A stretch of 64,000 bases of DNA, taken from a virus. Lineage: Duplodnaviria > Caudoviricetes. How positions within the stretch are numbered: position 1 is the first letter of the stretch; every line of letters begins with the position of its first letter. Below, one piece after another: positions 28,450 through 36,496 of this stretch. The notes beneath the pieces are model-generated. The model was given only the letters and a program-made list of their open reading frames with translations, was not told the origin of the DNA and searched no databases. The position numbers were made by a program, and so were the translations under genes. The DNA lies in IMG/VR virus record IMGVR_UViG_3300001335_000125, positions 1-64,000 of that record; one strand, written 5' to 3'.

Positions 28450-29229
28450 TTAGGTTGAGACTCCTATTTGAATCCACTCATATGAAGAACCATTATAAAC
28501 TGATATCCATACCCACGTACCATTTGCATTTCCTGATGTTCTTATTATCTCACCAGCATGATTTGCTGCAGTTGGTTTAGATGTATATAATCTAGATATT
28601 AATTGGGTACCCGATATCTGACTACTTATTGTTGGGGTACCATAGAAGTTACCTCCTATTATTGTACCACCACTTATCTTAGATGATGATATATAACTTA
28701 AATTATAGATACCTTTACTATTCCAATCTTTATTAGCATTAATAGTTAAGTCCGATAAGTTACCAGCAGAGCCGACTTGTGAAGATATAATTATTGTATT
28801 CAATCCTGAATAGACATAAGTAGTACCTTGTCCTGAAAAGTATATATTGTTACTACCATCAGTAGAAATTTCTTCATTATCTGGATACACAACTGGTGTA
28901 AATCCTGTCCCTCCTCCAGCAGGTTCAGCCCAAGTACCATCAGATCTAAGATAATTAGTAGTTCCCCCTCCTAACTTAGGAAGAAGACCATGTCTACCTG
29001 TAGTAGCATTTAAATCAGTATTATCATCTGGAGTAGCAAAATCATCTAATTTAGTGGATGTTGTTGCTGCACCTACATCAGCAGCAGTTACTGAATGAGG
29101 ATTAGAAGTATTAGCAATATGACTATGGACATTACTACTTATACCACCTTCTATGATGTATGTAACCATATTATTCCATTCATCATATGTTATGGTTGAC
29201 CCACTTTCTGCAGTTTCGTACCATGTAAT
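28450..29229 (-). CDS. tail fiber/spike-like protein; 5' end probably at ATT 29229
   Basis: HIANTSNPH fiber-like motif; 20 codons upstream of ATG 29169 align with the N-terminus of 50591-51880. Confidence 0.6.
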   Translation of the reverse strand: MTWYETAESGSTITYDEWNNMVTYIIEGGISSNVHSHIANTSNPHSVTAADVGAATTSTKLDDFATPDDNTDLNATTGRHGLLPKLGGGTTNYLRSDGTWAEPAGGGTGFTPVVYPDNEEISTDGSNNIYFSGQGTTYVYSGLNTIIISSQVGSAGNLSDLTINANKDWNSKGIYNLSYISSSKISGGTIIGGNFYGTPTISSQISGTQLISRLYTSKPTAANHAGEIIRTSGNANGTWVWISVYNGSSYEWIQIGVST

Positions 29230-29378
29230 TAGATTTTATCCTCTAAACTACATTGGTTGTTATGTAATTTTCTATGACATTTTTTACACAAAGTGATTCC
29301 ATTATTAATATTCCATAATTCATCACACAAAAGGGAGGCTTCTCTTGTCTCTATATGATATTTAGTTAATTTATTCAT
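29229..29378 (-). pseudogene. HNH endonuclease C-terminal remnant (49 aa); not in ORF track
   Basis: CDELWNINNGITLCKKCHRKLH vs CDELWDINNGVTLCRSCHLKLH in 30879-31529. Confidence 0.7.
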
Positions 29379-30742
29379 AATACCGAACCACTTATGTATC
29401 CCTCTATTTTTACAGCCAAATATCCTGATGCTCCAGCAATTGGAGATGTGGAGATATTTTTTACATAGATAATCTTATCATTACGCATCTTATATAATGT
29501 AGATGTTGAATTATCATTACTTGCTATTCTGAGTGTATTTTTTCCTTCCCAGGTTTGATCATAAAAGGTTGGGCTACCTAATATTTGGTAGAGTTCTCCT
29601 GCTGCTCCGGGGGTTATATTATCTCTCAGTGTTTTCAGTTGAGATTTTGTAAGCCACGTTTCTATTATTGTATCAAAATTATCTACATTCCATCTTGAAC
29701 ACCAACAACATATATAGTTGGGTGCTGATAAAGAACTATTATAATAGATAAGTAAATCTTTATCACAGGTTATTGCTGGTGCAGTTATAAATTCTATAGA
29801 TTCACTAGCCCAATCTTCACCAGCATCCCAACCATTACTTGATACATACGCCGTATAATAATACTGAGTAGATGGTGTAAATGGTGTAGTATCTCCATCA
29901 ACAGGTAAAGTTACTGACCATCCCCCGTCGGTATCATATTTTAATAATTTAGATGAAGAGTAATGCCAAGATGATTTTGTTGTACCACCATCTGTATTAC
30001 CATAGTAGATTTGGGTATTACCCGACCCTTTAGTTAATATAGCCGTTACGGTTGCTGTTGTATTGCCAGAGGATGTACATCCATTATAAGTTGTTATAAC
30101 TAAATCTGGGCCTGTAGTGTAGTTCCATGTAGCAGACACAGTAACAAATCTTTGTTCTACTGGAGAATTAAATTTTATTACTTGTCCATCAGTAGATCCA
30201 TCTATGATATACCCACCATTACAACTATTCTGGTCAGTAGTTTCAGCCGCTCCAAATAGTATTCCAGGAGAATCTATAGTAAGCGATACAGGTTCCCCAT
30301 GTCCTATTGATGCAACTATCAAATTCTCTGAATTAGTAGGTGTTACAGTTGTTGATATTGAAGTTCCATACACATGATGAGTTTGTATATCATTAGGAGC
30401 AGTTTGAGCTACATCATAAAAATCTGCTGACTTAGCTGCTGCCCATTCTCCATTAGTTCCAAAAGTTATCTCCACATCATTAGTTCCTGTATCTGGATTT
30501 AATAAATAATATAATTCCGATGTAGTTGCATAACCAATATCGTGTATAGTTTGTGATACAAGTGTCATAGAAGTGCCATTATATTTCACTCCTTGAACAT
30601 AACTTGCATCATTAGACCCCTCAACAGAAATAGAAACAACTAACAATCTATTTGAATTAGTACTAACATCATGACTAAATGTTACTACTTCAGATGGGAA
30701 ATTCCATGAATCTCCACCATCATCATGAAAACTAACACTCAT
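29375..30742 (-). CDS. virion protein: beta-rich N-terminal domains plus shared C-terminal module
   Basis: NRLLVVSISVEG...VKYNG pattern; C-terminal CWCSRW...PGAAGEL module. Confidence 0.7.
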   Translation of the reverse strand: MSVSFHDDGGDSWNFPSEVVTFSHDVSTNSNRLLVVSISVEGSNDASYVQGVKYNGTSMTLVSQTIHDIGYATTSELYYLLNPDTGTNDVEITFGTNGEWAAAKSADFYDVAQTAPNDIQTHHVYGTSISTTVTPTNSENLIVASIGHGEPVSLTIDSPGILFGAAETTDQNSCNGGYIIDGSTDGQVIKFNSPVEQRFVTVSATWNYTTGPDLVITTYNGCTSSGNTTATVTAILTKGSGNTQIYYGNTDGGTTKSSWHYSSSKLLKYDTDGGWSVTLPVDGDTTPFTPSTQYYYTAYVSSNGWDAGEDWASESIEFITAPAITCDKDLLIYYNSSLSAPNYICCWCSRWNVDNFDTIIETWLTKSQLKTLRDNITPGAAGELYQILGSPTFYDQTWEGKNTLRIASNDNSTSTLYKMRNDKIIYVKNISTSPIAGASGYLAVKIEGYISGSVL

Positions 30743-30882
30743 TGGGTATCAAGCCCCAATCCTTCTTTAGAGTGTATTAATGCTCTAGATACATTAAGTT
30801 GTTCTGCAATTTCGTTTTGTGAAAGCAAGTTTCCTAAATATAATGAAACGAGTAATTCTCTTTCTATTGGTATTTTTTTCAT
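30739..30882 (-). pseudogene. HTH N-terminal remnant of an endonuclease (47 aa); not in ORF track
   Basis: LYLGNLLSQNEIAEQLNVSRALI; ATGA-coupled at both ends. Confidence 0.55.
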
Positions 30883-31529
30883 AATCTTAATCCTTCTATC
30901 TGTCCTTTATGTAATTTAAGATGACAAGATCTACATAAAGTTACTCCATTGTTAATATCCCATAACTCATCACAGTAATAAATATCTTCTAAGGAAAGAA
31001 TATTATTCTTATTCAATATTTCGATAAATGAATTAATATGATGTACATTTAGAAGGTTACCGTTCTTACCACATATTTGGCAAGTATAATTATCTCTTCT
31101 AAATACTAAATCCCTCCAATTCATATATAAATTTGTTTTTCTTATACTCTCATGTAAATTAGAAACTCCACCATTCCATCCACTAGCATCTCTTCCATGT
31201 GGAATTCTATTATCCACTATGTGATTCTTTCCTTTATTCCAAGGTACCTGTCCAATTAAATAATCTCTATTAATAAGTTTACATGACTCCGATTTACTCC
31301 TTATTGGTATTTTATATCTCTTGAGATTTCTTATAATTGTATGATGGTTTGTGTTATATATTTCAGAAATTTTATCTTTTTTGCTGAGAAGACTCCTTCC
31401 GAAAGGGAGGGGTAGTTGACGTATATTACTACACTCTACACTACAAAATATATGATTATTTGTTTTATTAGACAGGTAATCGTAAAATATTTTACCACAT
31501 TCCTCACAAATAAATTTTAATTTACTCAT
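30879..31529 (-). CDS. free-standing HNH endonuclease with N-terminal Zn finger
   Basis: CEEC...FCSVEC; RDNYTCQICG, VHHI, NGVTLCRSCH. Confidence 0.88.
   Translation of the reverse strand: MSKLKFICEECGKIFYDYLSNKTNNHIFCSVECSNIRQLPLPFGRSLLSKKDKISEIYNTNHHTIIRNLKRYKIPIRSKSESCKLINRDYLIGQVPWNKGKNHIVDNRIPHGRDASGWNGGVSNLHESIRKTNLYMNWRDLVFRRDNYTCQICGKNGNLLNVHHINSFIEILNKNNILSLEDIYYCDELWDINNGVTLCRSCHLKLHKGQIEGLRL
31384..31420 (-). mobile_element. IS200/IS605 (IscB omegaRNA/HEARO 5' end)-like hairpin remnant
   Basis: GTCAACTACCCCTCCCTTTCGGAAGGAGTCTTCTCAG, a GC-rich island inside an AT-rich ORF. Confidence 0.5.
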
Positions 31530-32515
31530 AACTCACTTAACTCTATTCCTTCAATTTTCACAGAGTATAAATCTTTGTTTAAAAAGCTATCCGATATTGA
31601 CTTTACTCCAATAGTCACACTTTCTCTTAAAGACGATAATCCGTAACCAGATAGACATTCAATTTTTAATGAGTTAGATGAAGAGTATGTTGTATCAATA
31701 TAATATGGTTGTCCAAGTACTTTAAATAACTCGGCTACAGCACCCGGTACAACATTTCTAAATAAAAAATTCCTATCACATGGACTCATAAAAGTTTCTA
31801 TAGTATGGTCATAGTTCCCACAATCCCATCTAGTATTCCAACACCTAATGTCTCTTGTTGTCCACACGGCTCCACTTATATATGCATGTTTTCCTATAGT
31901 TCCATAATCTTTAACATAATCAGGTTTTTCTGCACCATTAAATTTCCAATGAAATGTAGGAGATAAATCTAATCCATTGTATACTTGTTCTATTTGAGTA
32001 TCAGTTAAACACGTACCACTGAATATTTGAACATCACATATATCTCCTGTATATTCAAAAGCAAATGCAGCACATCCATATGCCCCAATATAAAGAGGAT
32101 ATGCAACAGATCCTATAGCATAAGTTGGAGTGGATTCTGTTATATCTGTTCCATTAATAATTACATCCAGACTAGTTCCTACATCAAATCTCATAGCTAT
32201 ATGCGACCAAACATTTAGTGGTATTGCATTGTCTGACGTAACAGAAGATGTATTTCCACCAGTCTTTACTGCACTATATACTTTTCTATTACTATCTAAT
32301 CCAAGGAAGTAATTATAAGATGATACATTAGTACCATTACATACAACCCCTTCTGATTCTGTTGTAGTAGGTCTTATCCAAGCAGTTACTGTTAAAGCAG
32401 TTTGAGAATAGAAAGATGTATCTGTACTACTAGATACATAAGAATTTTCTGCATTATATGTTAGAGATCGTTGTGGAACCTTTATCTTCATTGAACCTTT
32501 ATTAGTTACACTCAT
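31526..32515 (-). CDS. LamG/concanavalin-like domain virion protein with shared C-terminal module
   Basis: LTVTAWIRP, WSHIA, LYIG, GDICDVQIF...QIEQVY; C-terminal VPGAVAEL..LGQP module. Confidence 0.8.
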   Translation of the reverse strand: MSVTNKGSMKIKVPQRSLTYNAENSYVSSSTDTSFYSQTALTVTAWIRPTTTESEGVVCNGTNVSSYNYFLGLDSNRKVYSAVKTGGNTSSVTSDNAIPLNVWSHIAMRFDVGTSLDVIINGTDITESTPTYAIGSVAYPLYIGAYGCAAFAFEYTGDICDVQIFSGTCLTDTQIEQVYNGLDLSPTFHWKFNGAEKPDYVKDYGTIGKHAYISGAVWTTRDIRCWNTRWDCGNYDHTIETFMSPCDRNFLFRNVVPGAVAELFKVLGQPYYIDTTYSSSNSLKIECLSGYGLSSLRESVTIGVKSISDSFLNKDLYSVKIEGIELSEL

Positions 32516-32796
32516 AAAATTTCCTTACTCTTATCTACAAGTCCCTCTTTAGATGTTATAGTTTTATCACAATTAATCTCTCCTTTTACTTCTAGTGGAG
32601 AATCAATCTTTACATTACCAGATATATAAATACTACCATCTATTTGTATCTTAAAGATGCTTTTAGGAGATTTTATTTGCCAAGTACCTTGACCTGTTGA
32701 TTCAATATATGTTGAAGTATCTCCTAGATATATACGTTCTACCTTCATATAAGGTATTTTACTCTTTTCTGCTAATTTCTCTGTATATCTACTCAT
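32512..32796 (-). CDS. hypothetical virion-region protein
   Basis: ATGA-coupled 94-aa ORF. Confidence 0.6.
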   Translation of the reverse strand: MSRYTEKLAEKSKIPYMKVERIYLGDTSTYIESTGQGTWQIKSPKSIFKIQIDGSIYISGNVKIDSPLEVKGEINCDKTITSKEGLVDKSKEIL

Positions 32797-35700
32797 TTTG
32801 ATTGTTTATACTCCAATTCAGAAACTTTCTTGGCTAAATCAAAAGTATGACGTCCATATACAATTTCTGTAGTAAATCCCTTTTTATCTATTCGTTGTGT
32901 ATACTCTTTAATATCAAACTTCTCATCTATACCAAAGTTTGTAAGATTTGCTGAGAACATATATTCATTTGACATGTCTGTACGTCCTGTTATTACGAAT
33001 TTACCCTTCTTTGGAACTTCTGTCATTCCAGATACTTCTAAGTCTGCTCGTGCTTGTGCACGTTCAAGAGTTGTTATTGTGCTATCATTTATCTTCTTAA
33101 AGTGTCTACCATACAAATCTATAGATTCTTGGTTAGTTGCTGTTGCTTGTATTTCTCCTTGTGTCCATCCTAGTTGGAACCTCATATTACCATCTGGAAC
33201 TTCGGAAGGATAAGTTACATTAGACGACCATTTAACTCCACCATCCCAAGAATAAGAAATCTTACCATCATATTCAGAATTAGGATCATAAAAATAAGAC
33301 CAAAACTTTTGAGAAGAAGTTACGATTATATTAATCTCATCTGCATATAAGTTAGCATGTCCAGTGTAATCATCATTAACTCTAAATCTTATATCTATCA
33401 AATTATATGAAGAAATATCTGACTTATCTAAGGTACCAAAAGTTATATAAGATCCTTCTGGGCGATAATAATATCCAAACGATGTCCAAGAATCTGTACC
33501 AGTCGGTCTCCAATATACCCATACTCTAGCATCGTCATCTACTACGTTAACTCCTTCTACATACAGACTAGTTAGACCATCCCATACAGGAATGTTATAT
33601 GCATATATATAAGCATTGGCAGTTCCAGCATAATTAAGAGATCCGAATCTAATTTCATTAGTTTCAAGTAATTCAACGTGACTAGAAGAAGCATCCCACT
33701 CATCTAATGTCTGGTTGAAATCTCCTGATACTACTTCATAATCTTCATCAGATGGAGAAGAGGAATGTTCAAATATCATCCAATAAGAATCACCAGTAGT
33801 TAATCCAGATAATTTTGGACTAGTATATGTTTGCCAATTAGAATAATTTGGAGCATAAGGTAAATCATTATCAGTGAATCCTATATCATCAGACCACTCT
33901 ATTTTAGAACCTGATTTTGGTATACCTCCTCCTTGAGTTGTTTCAACAGTGCAAGTAACAGAATCTATATTAGGAAATTTCACATTTCCAGAACCATTTC
34001 CTAAATAATTACTACTAGGTTGTATACAATACATAATAACAAGATTAGATCCAGGATTAGATATTAATGTAGAAGTATTTTTAGTTAATTTATCCCAATT
34101 AGCCCCACCATCTAAAGATCCAGAATATGTTATATAATTTCCATACGTTTCAGTTACATCTAATTTAATATAATAATATGTCAATAATCCTAAGTCATAA
34201 TTAATTGATTTAGCAGTCCCAGCATAAAATCCCTCATTTGGAATTGTTATTGCTCTTAAATCATAATGTAATAACTTTCCAGGACCACCAGCACAATTAT
34301 CTAAATTATTAAAATAGGATTGGATACCTTGCGTTCCACTATAGTATACATCTACATTAAATTTATAATATCCATCAACATTAGGACTACCACCATGTGC
34401 ACCTAACCAAAGATTACTTTTTTCATTCATTCTTGTAGTCCAAGTTGATGTATTAGATGACAATCTAATCCAAAAATCATCTATCATTCCATCTCTTTGT
34501 AGGTCATATTTAAGTTTTACTCCACAGACAGTTAATGGTTTGTCAGTAAATATACAACTATCAACAAAATCAACAGGTTTATAAATATTATCAACTAATG
34601 CGTATGTCCCAGTATTATTATCAAACATATAAGATGGATTGCTATCCCAGTCGCTATCATTTATTAGTGTATCGCTACCATCAACATCTCTTAATACTAA
34701 ACCACTTATCATTAAAGCTGTTGCAGCAATATCACTATCAAAATTGTCTTCCCATCCTTCAGTTATTCTAAGACCATTTATAGAATTGGAAGATAGTTTA
34801 GTTTCATCACTAAAGTCATCTGTAAACACGACTTGATCCAATCCACCACTATCATCAGAAATAGTTACTGTAGCAGAATCTATTCTTGGAGTAAAATAAC
34901 CATTAGATGAGAATTTATATTTAATATATGAACCTGCTGAAGATTCACTTCCAAAGTCTACCCAAGAACCATCTGTCATAGTTTTCCAAGTAGTTCCGCC
35001 ATCATTCGTACCAGAGATATAAATTCGTTGGCTAGATACTACTCCTTCTAAATCGACTCTCATGTATTGTGTATCGTGTGTATAAGAATTAGATGAAGCA
35101 TATCCTGTATCTGTCTTGAACTCTAACAAATCAAAAGTCATCCAACATTTACTTGTAGTTCCTCCTCCGTCATCAACCCATATAGTATAATATCCATCAT
35201 ATTGACATTTATTGTGATCAGTAGCAGTTGCTATTTGTTCTATCCATACATTAGTATTAAAATCCCAATTTCCACCTAAAACAAGACAAACAAATTCATC
35301 ACTGTTAACTCTTACTTGTCTCGGATAGTAATATACCCAATCCCCAACTTTACATGTTCCTGATGTATATGCTTGACTTATATCAGGCTTACCATCAGAA
35401 CCACTCGGACAAATATAATATATTCCATTACGAGTAATAAATCCTCTGGTTCTAAATCTATGAAAACATCCATCGACATGAGATTTATGTCCAAACTCCC
35501 ACTTTTTAGCACTGTGAGTTCCGCCAGCTTTACTCGGCCAAGATGCACGACAAGATGAAACTACAGATAACATCAAGAAATTATCTGTTGGTTCCAAATT
35601 AGTAGTTGTTGATAAATAATCTTCATTAGTAAAATCATCCTCAAAAACAACCATTTCTGTGTTTTCCCATATCTCAAACAATAATTCACTAGGAGCATCG

Positions 35701-36488
35701 TCTCCAGTACTTCTATTTAGATATAATCTAACAGCAGATAATACTGGATCTTCTGCATTAAATCTTTGAGCTATTAGTACTCCAGATGGAAATATTTTGG
35801 ATGAAGTAGCCTTTGGAGATACTGTTGTTTTGACAGAATAATCACTACCTCCTAATACAAGTACATCATTAACTATATCTTCATCGGACTCTTCTATAGG
35901 ATCCATTTCTATAATATTAGATTCTGTAACTGTAAAAGATGATGTAGTATTTGTATTCTTATAGTAATGTAATTCACCATTATTAACATAGAAACTATAA
36001 CCATCTATATTAGTTAATTCTATAAGGGCATCCCCTACAGTAAGATTTGATAAATCTAAATCGTTAGTTAAATCTTCACCTGCGTCCATATCGAATTGGT
36101 AAGCAGTAATATTTTCACAATAAGATGATACTAAACTAGATGCTATATAGAGAGTAGTTCCTGAGTAGAGTGCATATTCATCTGTATGATATCTCCATAA
36201 ATCATATGTCTCTCCTATAAGTTGATAACGAGTAAGTGCTTTTCCTTTATTTATAGTTTGTTCTCGGCTAGATATATATCCAGAGAATTGTTGAGTATTA
36301 TTTATTGTAACTAATACTGTATCATTAATATTATGTTGAGTTGCTACATCATAAAGTTCTATAAATCCAGATTGATAGTATTCATTGTCTGAATTAGATA
36401 CTTCTAACATAGATAAATTATCACCTTTTGTATAGGTGGTTGCATCAATTTCACCCGAATTTATATAGATACTAAATGTTGTTGCCAT
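32793..36488 (-). CDS. baseplate hub/Tal-like protein with large inserted beta domains
   Basis: position right after the tape measure; N-terminal FSGYI...DALIEL...FYV...NDVLVLG and C-terminal SIDLYG...AQARA hub pattern. Confidence 0.75.
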   Translation of the reverse strand: MATTFSIYINSGEIDATTYTKGDNLSMLEVSNSDNEYYQSGFIELYDVATQHNINDTVLVTINNTQQFSGYISSREQTINKGKALTRYQLIGETYDLWRYHTDEYALYSGTTLYIASSLVSSYCENITAYQFDMDAGEDLTNDLDLSNLTVGDALIELTNIDGYSFYVNNGELHYYKNTNTTSSFTVTESNIIEMDPIEESDEDIVNDVLVLGGSDYSVKTTVSPKATSSKIFPSGVLIAQRFNAEDPVLSAVRLYLNRSTGDDAPSELLFEIWENTEMVVFEDDFTNEDYLSTTTNLEPTDNFLMLSVVSSCRASWPSKAGGTHSAKKWEFGHKSHVDGCFHRFRTRGFITRNGIYYICPSGSDGKPDISQAYTSGTCKVGDWVYYYPRQVRVNSDEFVCLVLGGNWDFNTNVWIEQIATATDHNKCQYDGYYTIWVDDGGGTTSKCWMTFDLLEFKTDTGYASSNSYTHDTQYMRVDLEGVVSSQRIYISGTNDGGTTWKTMTDGSWVDFGSESSAGSYIKYKFSSNGYFTPRIDSATVTISDDSGGLDQVVFTDDFSDETKLSSNSINGLRITEGWEDNFDSDIAATALMISGLVLRDVDGSDTLINDSDWDSNPSYMFDNNTGTYALVDNIYKPVDFVDSCIFTDKPLTVCGVKLKYDLQRDGMIDDFWIRLSSNTSTWTTRMNEKSNLWLGAHGGSPNVDGYYKFNVDVYYSGTQGIQSYFNNLDNCAGGPGKLLHYDLRAITIPNEGFYAGTAKSINYDLGLLTYYYIKLDVTETYGNYITYSGSLDGGANWDKLTKNTSTLISNPGSNLVIMYCIQPSSNYLGNGSGNVKFPNIDSVTCTVETTQGGGIPKSGSKIEWSDDIGFTDNDLPYAPNYSNWQTYTSPKLSGLTTGDSYWMIFEHSSSPSDEDYEVVSGDFNQTLDEWDASSSHVELLETNEIRFGSLNYAGTANAYIYAYNIPVWDGLTSLYVEGVNVVDDDARVWVYWRPTGTDSWTSFGYYYRPEGSYITFGTLDKSDISSYNLIDIRFRVNDDYTGHANLYADEINIIVTSSQKFWSYFYDPNSEYDGKISYSWDGGVKWSSNVTYPSEVPDGNMRFQLGWTQGEIQATATNQESIDLYGRHFKKINDSTITTLERAQARADLEVSGMTEVPKKGKFVITGRTDMSNEYMFSANLTNFGIDEKFDIKEYTQRIDKKGFTTEIVYGRHTFDLAKKVSELEYKQSK

Positions 36489-36496
36489 TAATTACC

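Noticed and set aside
27187-29780. Possible DGR template/variable repeat pair in the shared CWCSRW module
   Set aside because: Differences include many synonymous third-position and non-adenine changes, and no reverse transcriptase is in the window
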